This document shows, piece by piece, positions 37,605 to 50,742 of a DNA stretch of 64,000 nt. The notes below the pieces were generated by a model. It was not told where the DNA came from. It saw only the letters and a list, made by a program, of their open reading frames with translations, and searched no databases. Made by a program: the position numbers and the translations under genes. The stretch is taken from sequence record MG655267.1; one strand, 5' to 3'. Each line of letters begins with the position of its first letter. Position 1 is the stretch's first letter.

Positions 37605-38990
37605 ATGTCTTTACATCAAAAGCTCCTCTCTGCCGGGCTGGAGGCGTTTGACGCGCCTCCGGCTGCTCCGGTAGTAGCGGCAGTAGTACCTGCTCCATTT
37701 GATAACAACGCCCCGGTTAGCGAAGACCCGGAACTGCTTCGTGAAGAGACCGCTGCCCGTTTAGCGCTCGTGTCGATCATCGAAGCGGAGCGTGACGAAG
37801 AAGACTCGCGGTCTGCGGTTTATGAACTGCGTCGTCTGTCTGATGGTTTGGAAGGGTTGATGGTTGAGATTCAAAACGTCAACAACCCAGAAGAACCGAC
37901 TGAAGACGAAATGGCGATGTTGAAAGCCACCGCCCAGCAAGTACGTAAAGAGCTGCTGGAAGATGGTGAGCAAGAACTCGTCATCAATGTCGAAAACGGC
38001 ATTCTGGTTGGTTCACAGGAAGGTCTGGCTGATGCCCTCAGTAATGTGGCGAAGAAGATCGGTTTTGCATTAGGTAATGCAGCGAAAGGTTTACTGAGCA
38101 AAGGCGAGCAGGCGAAAGCGCCGTTGTCTTATAACCGTAAACTGGCAGCTGAACTGAAAGCGAAAATCGATAAGCTCGGCACGACTGAATTTGACTTTAC
38201 CATGCCAGCTGATCTGGTCCGTCAGATTCGTGTGAGCGATACCGGTCCGGTTGATGCACTCAAAGCAGTAGCAGACTTCCCGGCAGCACTTGATGCCTGG
38301 TATCTGACCCCTGCTGATGCAGCAATGAACCTGTTTGAAAAACACGCCAACATCGTGCAGGCGATTGCCGGTAGCAAGACTCTCGAAGAGTTCAATACGA
38401 ATTATGCGAAACTGAGCTCACTGGCGCCACCGCTGCCTGCAGGCGCTAAACGCCTTGATCCGATTAACACGCGGGATTATATCTTCGACGTTAATGAACA
38501 TCACCCAAGTATGGGTCGTGTGGCTCGCTACTATTATGTTGCGCGTCCGGATGTGGGTAAAACGCCTGAAGATAAAGCGCTGGATAATGTCATTGCTTTG
38601 GCGCAGTATTCGACCGGGATCTATCCGTTCGATAAGATCTCTAAACGTAAAGCAACTGATGAGCAGGTGAAGTTCAGTGCGGCTGAAGTCAAAGGCTTGC
38701 TGGATGACATGCTGAAAGCGTGTGACGTGGTTGATAAGTACCTTTCACGTCTTGCAGTCGCCAGCACAATGGATAAGCGCTACAACGCTCTGGTTGATTT
38801 ACTCAATAGCGACTTGCGTAAACAAGAGTGGTGTTCCACAGAAGTCAACCGCATGGCACGCGTTGCGTTGATCTCAATGGATGCGTATTATTCATACGGG
38901 TTTGCTTATACCAGTCGTGCTTACGAACTGATGGACGTGATCGTCAAGTTGGTGAAGAAAGCCGTGTATAAATCTGACCTCAGTAAGTAA
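37605..38990 (+). CDS. Inner-head paralogue family protein
   Basis: AGLEAF, DGLEG and GSQEG sites; same architecture as its neighbours. Confidence 0.72.
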   Translation: MSLHQKLLSAGLEAFDAPPAAPVVAAVVPAPFDNNAPVSEDPELLREETAARLALVSIIEAERDEEDSRSAVYELRRLSDGLEGLMVEIQNVNNPEEPTEDEMAMLKATAQQVRKELLEDGEQELVINVENGILVGSQEGLADALSNVAKKIGFALGNAAKGLLSKGEQAKAPLSYNRKLAAELKAKIDKLGTTEFDFTMPADLVRQIRVSDTGPVDALKAVADFPAALDAWYLTPADAAMNLFEKHANIVQAIAGSKTLEEFNTNYAKLSSLAPPLPAGAKRLDPINTRDYIFDVNEHHPSMGRVARYYYVARPDVGKTPEDKALDNVIALAQYSTGIYPFDKISKRKATDEQVKFSAAEVKGLLDDMLKACDVVDKYLSRLAVASTMDKRYNALVDLLNSDLRKQEWCSTEVNRMARVALISMDAYYSYGFAYTSRAYELMDVIVKLVKKAVYKSDLSK

Positions 38991-39001
38991 ACGGAGAAAA
39001 C

Positions 39002-40372
39002 ATGTCCGCGATTAATGACTTTCTATTTACTGCGGGCATGGAGGGGTTTAACGACCCCTCCTCTATACCGCCCGTTGGTATAGTTGTGCCCTTTTTTGGT
39101 GTTGAAGAGTTCGCTGAAGCGGATGCTGAACAATCTGTACGTATGACAGAGATGAACCAGCAAGCTGAAGCAATTCAACGTCTGCAACAAACGCTGGTCT
39201 ACATCAACGCTCACCGCCCAACCTTTGACCGTGAGAACGCCGCTGTCGTGCAGCAAGCGCTGGGTGAAGTACAGGTACTGATGCCTGACATGGAAGACCC
39301 GGTCACCATCATGGGGTCGCTGGAGCATTATACCCCGGCTTACACCAACCACTTGCTTGCGCACGGTATTGAAGGCATTGGTGATAAGATCCTGAGCGTG
39401 GTCAAGAAGATCATCGAACTCTTGAAGAAAGGTTATGCCTTCTTGAGTAAAGCCATCCAGGCAAAGGGTGTGGTCTTCGGTAAACAGAAGCGCGAACTCG
39501 ATGAGCTCAATGCATGGTTTAAAGATCAACGCAAAAGCAACGATAAACCCGCTACCACCACCGGTAATGAACCTAAGGTTGTTACGGTCACTGCCCCGAC
39601 CTATCTGTACACCGTCGACAGTAACAAACCGTTAGCGGCGGATCGCTTAGCAAGCGAAGTGGCGAAGTACAACAAATTCCTGCAGGCCTTCTCGGTTGAT
39701 TTCATCCGGGCGCATATTACCCTGGGTGATCTCTATATTCGCGCGCTGGGCACGCTGGATATTGCCAGTACCAGTAACGAAGAGTTGTTCACCAAGATGT
39801 TTAAGGGTCAGTTTAAATACCAGGCCTCGGGTGCAACGCTGTACACCAAACGCAATGGCGAAATGTGCGATATCGAAACAGTCGGGTTGATTGGTGGGAT
39901 TGGCTTTAAAGCCTCCATCGCGAATATCCTGGTCGCACCGCTTGAGATGACCGCAGACGGCTCTAACCAGCGTAAGTTCTTTAAGCAGATGAACGGGCTG
40001 TATAACTACAGTTTTGTCTCCAAAATAAAAATGGATGGCAGTACGGTGGGTAATACCCCAATCTATGCTTGCAGTCTCGCTGACGCTGAGCGGTTGGTGA
40101 ATCAACTTGATATGCTGACCAACTGGATGATTAACAGTCAGCACGACGAAGAGATCCGTGACTTTAATAAACGGGTGACTGAGTGTGTGGATAAGCTGGC
40201 TGATCGTGCTGGTCGTCTGGGTAATGACCGCAGTGATTTTATCACTACTGTGATCAATGCCTTGTCTGGTATCTCCAGTGGTCTGGAAAATGTGTCTCGT
40301 GGCATGAATCAGCAAACGAACACATTGATCAACAACTTGCGTGAGTACGTTACCAAATCCACGAAAGCGTAA
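39002..40372 (+). CDS. Inner-head paralogue family protein
   Basis: GGAG SD; AGMEGF, GSLEHY and HGIEGI sites. Confidence 0.72.
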   Translation: MSAINDFLFTAGMEGFNDPSSIPPVGIVVPFFGVEEFAEADAEQSVRMTEMNQQAEAIQRLQQTLVYINAHRPTFDRENAAVVQQALGEVQVLMPDMEDPVTIMGSLEHYTPAYTNHLLAHGIEGIGDKILSVVKKIIELLKKGYAFLSKAIQAKGVVFGKQKRELDELNAWFKDQRKSNDKPATTTGNEPKVVTVTAPTYLYTVDSNKPLAADRLASEVAKYNKFLQAFSVDFIRAHITLGDLYIRALGTLDIASTSNEELFTKMFKGQFKYQASGATLYTKRNGEMCDIETVGLIGGIGFKASIANILVAPLEMTADGSNQRKFFKQMNGLYNYSFVSKIKMDGSTVGNTPIYACSLADAERLVNQLDMLTNWMINSQHDEEIRDFNKRVTECVDKLADRAGRLGNDRSDFITTVINALSGISSGLENVSRGMNQQTNTLINNLREYVTKSTKA

Positions 40373-40390
40373 ATTATTATATGTGTTAAT

Positions 40391-40420
40391 GGCCCTGCAG
40401 GAAACGCGGGGCCTTATCAC
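40391..40420 (+). terminator. Hairpin element
   Basis: GGCCCTGC-AGGAAAC-GCGGGGCC followed by TTATCAC. Confidence 0.45.
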
Positions 40421-40465
40421 AATACGATCGTATTTAATTTCATGAAATTAAGGTAGAGACTCACT

Positions 40466-41821
40466 ATGTCTATTCAAGCATTTTTAAACCTCGGCGCCGA
40501 GGCTTTCGAAGACGCACCGGTAGTTGAAGAAGCACCGGTTGTGGTTGTTGCACCAGTGCCAGAAGAAGTGATCGAGCTGATTGCCGAGCGTGATGATTCG
40601 AACATCGCCCTGGCCATTGCTCAGGATGCGGCGGCAATGTCTGCTGCCGAGCGTCAGGTGGAAGAGTTTGCTTCCGCAATCGAGCGCGTTGAAAATGTCC
40701 AGGCATCAATGGAACACTTTATCGAAGCGGGCCTGTCACAGAAATCAGCAATGATGCTGCATCGCCAGATCACAACTGTCATGGCATCTGTCGGCAAGGA
40801 TGGCGCTGCCATCGGTGGCGGTCTGGAAAACTTCGACAACGAAGAAGCCAGCATTGCACTGCTGACCGCTGGTCTGGAAGCACTGGATGCCGAGAAAGCC
40901 GATCTGTCCTCCCGTGCCGGTGCATCCATTGCCGGTATCGCTGGTAACATTAAAAGCTTTCTGGGCAACATCAGTACTCAGGCCGGTCGTTATAAACTGC
41001 GTGCTGAAGCGATCGTTAAATCTGCTGACGGCGCTGAAGCCAAGTCCGGTACTGTTGAAGTAAAAGATAAACACCTGGTTGTAAAAGGTGGCAATCCATC
41101 AACTAACCTGAAAGGCGATCTGGGTAACTTCAGCAAGCTGGTTGGTGCGGCAATCGCTACCTTCATCGAAGGCGATATCGTTAAAGAAGGCAGCGCTCTG
41201 GCAAAAGCTGGCGAGACCATCATTAAAGCGACTACCGCTGATGTGGCAGTGAAAGCTGCAATGGGTGTGAAACACAATCCATTCCCGGGCGCAACCATCG
41301 CAGTGCAGGACAAAGACACCTTCAGTATCAAACGTACTGAAGTGGTTCTCGGCGGCTATGCGGTATTCGATCTGCAATATAAAGCCACCGGCGGCGAAGG
41401 TGCTGAAGCAGCTGTTGCGCATCTGAATGCACTGAGCAAAAACCGCGTTACTCTTCGTCAGGCTCCAGTTGAAGCTGGTAGCGAGAAAGTATTCTCTGCC
41501 ACTATGTCTCCGGCCGATGGCGCAGCACTGGCGAAAGATGTTATCGCAATGCTGGACAACATCACAGCGGTCAATAACCGTAGCCTGGGTGCGGTAAGTG
41601 GCGCACTGGCCCGTCTGGGTACCAGCGCTGTGTTGAAAGGCGCTGTGGCGAAAGACGCAGACAAAGACGTGAAGAAAATTGCTGGCGCCATGGGTAAAAC
41701 CCTGGTTGGTTCTATCCAGGCTGTTAACAGTCTGCCACGCGATGCCCTGAGCGCTGCGCTGAAAGTGTCTGATGCTGTACTGAAAGTTGCTAAGAAAGCT
41801 GCTGCAGGTCAAGTAGACTAA
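40466..41821 (+). CDS. Inner-head paralogue family protein (probably high copy)
   Basis: AAGGT SD; LGAEAF, ASMEHF, GGLENF and AGLEAL sites; Ala/Lys-rich mature part. Confidence 0.75.
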   Translation: MSIQAFLNLGAEAFEDAPVVEEAPVVVVAPVPEEVIELIAERDDSNIALAIAQDAAAMSAAERQVEEFASAIERVENVQASMEHFIEAGLSQKSAMMLHRQITTVMASVGKDGAAIGGGLENFDNEEASIALLTAGLEALDAEKADLSSRAGASIAGIAGNIKSFLGNISTQAGRYKLRAEAIVKSADGAEAKSGTVEVKDKHLVVKGGNPSTNLKGDLGNFSKLVGAAIATFIEGDIVKEGSALAKAGETIIKATTADVAVKAAMGVKHNPFPGATIAVQDKDTFSIKRTEVVLGGYAVFDLQYKATGGEGAEAAVAHLNALSKNRVTLRQAPVEAGSEKVFSATMSPADGAALAKDVIAMLDNITAVNNRSLGAVSGALARLGTSAVLKGAVAKDADKDVKKIAGAMGKTLVGSIQAVNSLPRDALSAALKVSDAVLKVAKKAAAGQVD

Positions 41822-41841
41822 TCGAGTAACTTGATAACCTT

Positions 41842-41875
41842 AGGGGGAGAGGGGTTTCCCTCTCCTCTTATACCG
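41842..41875 (+). terminator. Hairpin + TTATACCG variant
   Basis: AGGGGGAGAGGG-GTTT-CCCTCTCCTCT followed by TATACCG. Confidence 0.65.
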
Positions 41876-41892
41876 ACCAAGAAGGTGAATGC

Positions 41893-44235
41893 ATGTCAAC
41901 CATGACAGAACTGGGTCCGTCACAAGGTACACTCCTTGCGGATGAGAAAGCAGTACACGATGACGCGGCCACCGAAGCCACCGAAGTTGCACTCCACGTA
42001 TTAAAGAAGATTGGTAAGAAGAAAGAGAAAGATGACGAGGATGAAGAGGTCGTGCTCTCATTTGGTAGCGAAGGCTATGCCATGCTCACCAGTATGTCAT
42101 TTGATCTGACTGAGAACTCCGATCTGGCCGTACAGGAACTCCTGGATAAGATCACCACCATCGTCATTGAAGCAAATGGCAATCTCACGCAGACCGATCT
42201 GGAGAAGATCAAGAGTGTGGGGAATGAGTCGTTGTTAGGCGATGGGAATGAAGACTATAAAGAAGTCGTCACCATGGTCATGAAACGGATCATGCAATTC
42301 ATTCGCTGGGCGATCAACCAGGGTAAGGAAGGGATCAAACGGGTTGCTGACCGCTTGAGTCGTCTGAGCGTGAAGACGATGTATGTTGAGCGTAAGATCG
42401 ATATCTCCACTGACAACTCATTACCGACTGACAAGTTTGTGTTACCGCGCAGCTACCCGATGCTGATGATGGTGAACAAACCACCGGCCAATGCCATGGA
42501 AGTGATCAATGCCGTCAACCGCACCAAGTATCTCTTCACCACGCTACATAACGACTACCAAGGCTTCCAGGCGTTGTTTAAGGCAGCGGTAGCCACTGGC
42601 TCTCGGGCTGACACCTTAGAGATGATCAACAACTATCTCAACGGGTTGATCAGTAAGCTCTCAGCGCGCCCTAACCCACTGTTCGATAACCGCAATACCT
42701 TTAACCAGTTACCGGGTGGGTATCGTCTGGTGTTCTCAGAAGGTCAGTCGTTTGCGGATTGTGGGGCAACGATCCTGCGTACGCCGGAGAAATACGAAGC
42801 CGCACCGGCGGTTCAGCGTCCAGATAAAGCGAGTCTGGTACGGTTGGTCAGTGAGATCAAAACCTACCTGCGGGTGATTAACGAAGTCTACGGTAAAGTC
42901 TCCAGTCGGTTGGAGGTTGATTTCCGTAACATCGTGAAAGCCGCTGAGAAAGAAGTGAAGGGGTTTGATTCAACAGCAGATATCCGCACTGCCTCGACCA
43001 CCATCGAATGGTTCACCGAACAGCAGTCACGCCTGTATACCCGCTCAATGATGCTCTCTTGTACGGTATTGAATGCCGCGCTTGATTACTGTCTGGGTGC
43101 CATTGGGGCGAAACCGGCTGTCGGGACCGAAAGCTTTGATATCCTTGATACCTCATCAATGGGTTATGCGATCGAGTCGCTGGGCGAGCAAATGGAACGG
43201 CTTGACGCTGGCTTGTGTGAACTGGAGATCGATGCCCGTACTATGCAGTCGATTACCGATGTCAAAGAGATGGTAGATGTCGATAACGATCACGTCATCC
43301 AGCTTCTGATGCAACAGCGCCCAAGCAGCTATTTCAATCCACCGGATGGACTGTCAGAGTACTCGCTGGGTGATGCCTTTAACGGCAGTGCTACGGCACG
43401 TTATATTGGCAGGCGTTTAACCAGTATCGTTAACCTCACGAATCAGCTCTCAGGCACCACGGATTTGATGAAAGGGTTATTGGCTGAAATGCCAACGGGT
43501 GAGATCAAGCCAGGCAGTGATGCGGATGTAATCGAGCGTAACTCGTTGCTTGACCGGGAGATGTTTGAAGGTCATCCCCTGTGTGCGTTCCTGCATCGGG
43601 TAGACCGGGAAGGTATCTACGCCACCGATGTGATTCGCTATGTTACTGACACCTATGAGAAACTGCGTCAAGTGCGCACGACTCTGGCGGTTCAGGCTGA
43701 GCAGATGACACTAACAGTGGCTGATGGTGAGATGAACGTGAGCTTGTTGAAAGAGTTCCTGTTTAACGCCCCTCAGGAGCCCTTCACGGACAGCGTACTC
43801 TGTGGTGGATTCAGACTACAACCTGTAGCAGAAAAGCTCGGAGAACTCGTTATACACGGTGCTGTGATGGATTCCCCTCCACCACTGAAACCGATGACGA
43901 CTATCCATCGCCCAAGCTACGACGAGTATAATGGTGTCAACCAGCTGGCAAGCCTGTTCGGTAATGAACTGCGGGAACTGGCTAAGATCGCAGAGCGGCT
44001 ACAAATCGGCACAGGGTATCTGCGCTACATCACAACCTCAGTAGCGGACAACCTCAATGAGGATGGCTTGAAAGGGGGCGGTGATGGCTGGTTCAATACT
44101 GCACTCGAGTACTTGGCGGTGTCGGCACGCCAGTATCGCTGGATGTATCGCCTAACCGTTCAGGTGGCAGTGTATGAACACACCATGATCAATGCCCTGC
44201 GTCACTACAACAACTCAGGAGGCTGGCATGACTGA
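41893..44235 (+). CDS. Large inner-head protein with two paralogous-type halves
   Basis: AAGGTG SD; FGSEG and GNES near the N-terminus, GTES and AIES mid-protein; LPGGYRL and LCGGFRL in the two halves. Confidence 0.7.
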   Translation: MSTMTELGPSQGTLLADEKAVHDDAATEATEVALHVLKKIGKKKEKDDEDEEVVLSFGSEGYAMLTSMSFDLTENSDLAVQELLDKITTIVIEANGNLTQTDLEKIKSVGNESLLGDGNEDYKEVVTMVMKRIMQFIRWAINQGKEGIKRVADRLSRLSVKTMYVERKIDISTDNSLPTDKFVLPRSYPMLMMVNKPPANAMEVINAVNRTKYLFTTLHNDYQGFQALFKAAVATGSRADTLEMINNYLNGLISKLSARPNPLFDNRNTFNQLPGGYRLVFSEGQSFADCGATILRTPEKYEAAPAVQRPDKASLVRLVSEIKTYLRVINEVYGKVSSRLEVDFRNIVKAAEKEVKGFDSTADIRTASTTIEWFTEQQSRLYTRSMMLSCTVLNAALDYCLGAIGAKPAVGTESFDILDTSSMGYAIESLGEQMERLDAGLCELEIDARTMQSITDVKEMVDVDNDHVIQLLMQQRPSSYFNPPDGLSEYSLGDAFNGSATARYIGRRLTSIVNLTNQLSGTTDLMKGLLAEMPTGEIKPGSDADVIERNSLLDREMFEGHPLCAFLHRVDREGIYATDVIRYVTDTYEKLRQVRTTLAVQAEQMTLTVADGEMNVSLLKEFLFNAPQEPFTDSVLCGGFRLQPVAEKLGELVIHGAVMDSPPPLKPMTTIHRPSYDEYNGVNQLASLFGNELRELAKIAERLQIGTGYLRYITTSVADNLNEDGLKGGGDGWFNTALEYLAVSARQYRWMYRLTVQVAVYEHTMINALRHYNNSGGWHD

Positions 44236-44575
44236 TAACAGTAACAAGGCGTTGTACAATGCAGCGCGCTTGCCTGTTCTTTACGAGTACCCGCATGACT
44301 TCACACCGCATGCCCGTTTACTGGCTAACGAGAAGCAAGGCGCACAACCTTCGCAGGCGTTTGCTGAGATGCTGGCTAAGGTAACAGGTGATCCCTGGAC
44401 ACTGACCCCTAAGCAGCCGTATACCCTGTACGGTGCCAAGGTGACGTTGATTGGTGAGAACCAGCCCAACTTCCCAACCAGTAAACGGTTTCCTTACGTC
44501 CTGGTGTTGCAGTTGAGTACCCGGTATCAAGAACGCAAGTTATACCTGAGTTTTAAGATCTTGAAATCGAGCTGA
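44228..44575 (+). CDS. Small virion structural protein (head-decoration-like)
   Basis: GGAGG SD before ATG 44228; YEYPHDF...ANE...LYGAKVTLIG pattern. Confidence 0.6.
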   Translation: MTDNSNKALYNAARLPVLYEYPHDFTPHARLLANEKQGAQPSQAFAEMLAKVTGDPWTLTPKQPYTLYGAKVTLIGENQPNFPTSKRFPYVLVLQLSTRYQERKLYLSFKILKSS

Positions 44576-44612
44576 GCATAAGGAGAGGGCGTTTGCCCTC
44601 TCCTCTATGCCG
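44574..44612. terminator. Bidirectional terminator
   Basis: GAGCATAA-GGAGAGGGC-GTTT-GCCCTCTCCT-CTATGCCG between convergent genes. Confidence 0.8.
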
Positions 44613-45314
44613 TTATGCTTGTGGTGTTTCGCCACTGCCATCAGCTGGCGTGGTATCATCTTCACTGAACGTGTTGGGAATACGAGGCAGATCACCAATC
44701 ACGGTTGCAGAGGTTACCGCGTTCTTGAAAGTCCAATAACGCTCAAGGTACGCATTATAAGACTCCAGCAGACGCTCAACCACGTCGATCACTTCAACCG
44801 GTAGGAGTTCAACCATTTGCCCGTCAACAGTACGCAGACGGAATTTGGTTTCATCGGACGCACCGACACGTTTCTCACCGACCACACGCATACCCATCAG
44901 GTTAGCGCGTTCTTCAGCGGTCATCACCACTTTGTAGTCTGTGTTGTCATGGGTAAATGCAATACCGGTGTTAAGATCATTACTGATGATCTCTTTGGCA
45001 CTTTGCAACGACATGTCTTTACCCATTGCCAGGTTAGCTGCGAGCTCTTCTTCATTATAAGCGCGCACATCCCAGAACTGGTAATAAAGACCGTCATCAC
45101 CTTTAACCGGTGTGCCTTCGGTTACCACATCACCATCCGGCCGATCAACCATGTTGACCATGGCGTAAGGACGAGGAAGGTTTAGCAGCTTCTCAGACTC
45201 GATGGTGCTACCCCAGCTGGTCTGCATGTTGTCCTGGCGGGCATCATACATGTACTTCGGGTAAGCCATATCCTCGATACGGACGAGGGGTGTAGAATTC
45301 GTTACTGTAGTCAT
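44613..45314 (-). CDS. Tail-fibre assembly/accessory protein (DUF4376-like C-terminal part)
   Basis: AAGGAG SD; VTEGTPVKGDDGLYYQFWDV followed by a helical domain; directly downstream of the fibre gene. Confidence 0.68.
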   Translation of the reverse strand: MTTVTNSTPLVRIEDMAYPKYMYDARQDNMQTSWGSTIESEKLLNLPRPYAMVNMVDRPDGDVVTEGTPVKGDDGLYYQFWDVRAYNEEELAANLAMGKDMSLQSAKEIISNDLNTGIAFTHDNTDYKVVMTAEERANLMGMRVVGEKRVGASDETKFRLRTVDGQMVELLPVEVIDVVERLLESYNAYLERYWTFKNAVTSATVIGDLPRIPNTFSEDDTTPADGSGETPQA

Positions 45315-45331
45315 TACGACTCCTTGAAGAA

Positions 45332-45353
45332 TGCTGGGGCTTTCACCCCAGCA
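45332..45353 (-). terminator. Hairpin after the fibre gene
   Basis: TGCTGGGG-CTTTCA-CCCCAGCA. Confidence 0.45.
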
Positions 45354-45362
45354 CAGACGCCG

Positions 45363-48461
<3,099 letters not shown>

Positions 48462-48520
48462 TACAAACCTCTTTTAGTAACTATATTGCTGTTTAGTGTA
48501 AACGGGTTCACACTCGTGTG

Positions 48521-49054
48521 TTATGCCACGCTTTCAAGCTTCAGTGGCTGGCCGTCTTCAGTTGTGAGCCATTGACCACTTTCAGTCAGCAGGACAGGCT
48601 GCTGCGTCGCACCGGTGTTAATCAGCACCGCAAGGGTACCTTCATAGACGAGGCTACCTTGGAAGACGATGTCGTGCATGATACGACCTTCGCTGTCCGT
48701 GTTGTTCGCGTCAATGGTGCGATCTGAAATGTCATTGGCTGTGACCTGCAAGCCGTAACGACCGTTTAACGTCGCCAGCAGATCTTTAGTTGTGGATGGA
48801 GTACTAACAGTGAGTTCTGGAACAATGCCAAAAAACAACGTCGATACCTTGAGTCGGTCGAGGTTGACGATATTGCTCCCAACGTACCCTTTGTCAGCTA
48901 CAGCAATAACAGGGATGTCGGTATCGCGTTTACCCGCTCCTGTCACTGGCGTAGGGACACCAAAGTTAATTTGATCAGCCTGGATAGTAAGATTATTATC
49001 CTGGTTAATTTGATCAACGATGATTTGGGCCGATGGCTGATTCAGGATGGTCAT
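48521..49054 (-). CDS. Virion structural protein of the fibre operon
   Basis: GGGAG SD; Ig-like beta protein; C-terminal LLTESGQWLTTEDGQPLKLE. Confidence 0.68.
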   Translation of the reverse strand: MTILNQPSAQIIVDQINQDNNLTIQADQINFGVPTPVTGAGKRDTDIPVIAVADKGYVGSNIVNLDRLKVSTLFFGIVPELTVSTPSTTKDLLATLNGRYGLQVTANDISDRTIDANNTDSEGRIMHDIVFQGSLVYEGTLAVLINTGATQQPVLLTESGQWLTTEDGQPLKLESVA

Positions 49055-49185
49055 ACTTTTCTCCCGTAAGCGCCGTTTCTGATGATCATATAATAATTTC
49101 TTTTCTACAAAACTAACCTAATCAAATAGGTATTCTGTGGTGAAATCGTATAGACATTAAAAGAAAGGGGATTGAGGATTACATC

Positions 49186-50742
49186 ATGCCCATTGTGACT
49201 GAAGCTACACCTGAGCAACACAAGTCGATTATTCGCCCGGTGGTCATTGAAGTCGTCAACCAGATTCTGCCTGTCATGCGCTTAAGTAATGACGACGAAT
49301 TGATCTTCAATGGTTTTGCGGATATTGCCATGTTGTCAAATTCCATGATCGGTGTGAACCGTAACCCTGACTCACCCATTCGACCACCGGGTCCAAGTCA
49401 GATCATGGTTAATATCGAGGAGAGTGCAACCAGCACCACCTCGCCTGAGATGGCAGTGCTTTATCCCGAGAACCGGTTTATCATGCGTGATGCTCGCCTG
49501 GGGATTGGTATCCGTCCGGTTCGTAAACGCACCTTACTCAACATCACCTTTAATAAACGCTTTCGCTCCAAAGCCGCCGCTGACCGCTGGCATGCCAACA
49601 TGGAACAGTTGATGGCCCGTTATGTGCAGGATTATATCCACACCCTGGATTATCACTACAACATCCCCGACGGCATGCTGGTGATGCTCAGTGAGTTCTG
49701 GAAGCTGCGTGAAGCACAAGCGCCGTATAACCAGAACTTCGGTGAATGGCTCTCCTCGTGCATGGCACCGTACCAGACGGTCACCACTAACCAGGCAGGT
49801 AAACAAGCACAGTTGTCATTTGCTGAATCGTTAGATAACGTGCAGGGGTGGTGGGATTTCGATGTGGTACCCTACCCGGTCCGTGAGAACACCCGTGGGA
49901 ACTGGCAAGTCACCTTCGATTACAAAGTCGAATTTGATAAGGTGATTGAGTTGGTGATGAACTACCCGATCATCATTCATAACCAGATGCTTCCCCCGGA
50001 GATGATCCCTCAGCCACGCTTACCGAGCTATCGCAACAAGGTATATCAGAAGAACGCGATGATGTATCGGGCCGAAGCCGTACAGCAGGAAGTAGAGCCA
50101 GCAAACTACAGCTTGCGTGATTACCTGTGCTACCCGGTGTACGACGACTGGATACCGGAATACATCCCGCCGTATCAGATCGTGCAATACACTGCCCAGC
50201 TTGCTGTTGATCCGGCTGACCTGCGGTTGGTGGTTAACTTAAAAGAGTTGGGGGATTATGAGTTCACAGGAGCGGCGTTGGAGTACTTGCGCTATGTGAA
50301 GAACCGGGCTTTCGTCAATACCCGTTCGGTGATTCAGCTGAAGGTGTATGAAGAGGATGTGCTGATCGATTCGGAGAAGCTCACCCTGGACAGTAACCTG
50401 GATGTGCACTGCGCCTTTGATCTGAACCTGCGTAAATCTTACCACATCATGGTCACCATCGACTCCGACCTGGCAAAACTGTCTGAACAGACCGTCAGTG
50501 AGTTAAAAGAAGATGGCTGGTTTACTGAGAATGTCTTGCAGGTGATCTACCCGCAGTATCTCAATACGCCGGTTTGGCCAAAACCCAATGACCGGGGGAC
50601 GATCTCTGATCTTGCCTGGGATCGGTTTGTGGCGGCACTCTACCCGACCAACCAGTGGTACCGCAAGCCGGACATCGCCCAGCTAACGATTGGACAGTTT
50701 ACCATTCTTGCTAAGAAGAGAAACGATCATGGCTATCGCTAA
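49186..50742 (+). CDS. Virion structural protein (neck/tail-terminator or baseplate candidate)
   Basis: GAGGA SD; 518 aa; first gene of a four-gene core structural operon. Confidence 0.62.
   Translation: MPIVTEATPEQHKSIIRPVVIEVVNQILPVMRLSNDDELIFNGFADIAMLSNSMIGVNRNPDSPIRPPGPSQIMVNIEESATSTTSPEMAVLYPENRFIMRDARLGIGIRPVRKRTLLNITFNKRFRSKAAADRWHANMEQLMARYVQDYIHTLDYHYNIPDGMLVMLSEFWKLREAQAPYNQNFGEWLSSCMAPYQTVTTNQAGKQAQLSFAESLDNVQGWWDFDVVPYPVRENTRGNWQVTFDYKVEFDKVIELVMNYPIIIHNQMLPPEMIPQPRLPSYRNKVYQKNAMMYRAEAVQQEVEPANYSLRDYLCYPVYDDWIPEYIPPYQIVQYTAQLAVDPADLRLVVNLKELGDYEFTGAALEYLRYVKNRAFVNTRSVIQLKVYEEDVLIDSEKLTLDSNLDVHCAFDLNLRKSYHIMVTIDSDLAKLSEQTVSELKEDGWFTENVLQVIYPQYLNTPVWPKPNDRGTISDLAWDRFVAALYPTNQWYRKPDIAQLTIGQFTILAKKRNDHGYR

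Noticed and set aside
39647-41812. Long minus-strand ORFs (257 aa, 237 aa and others) opposite the head genes
   Set aside because: These are shadow ORFs produced by strong codon bias in the plus-strand structural genes; no motifs or RBS.
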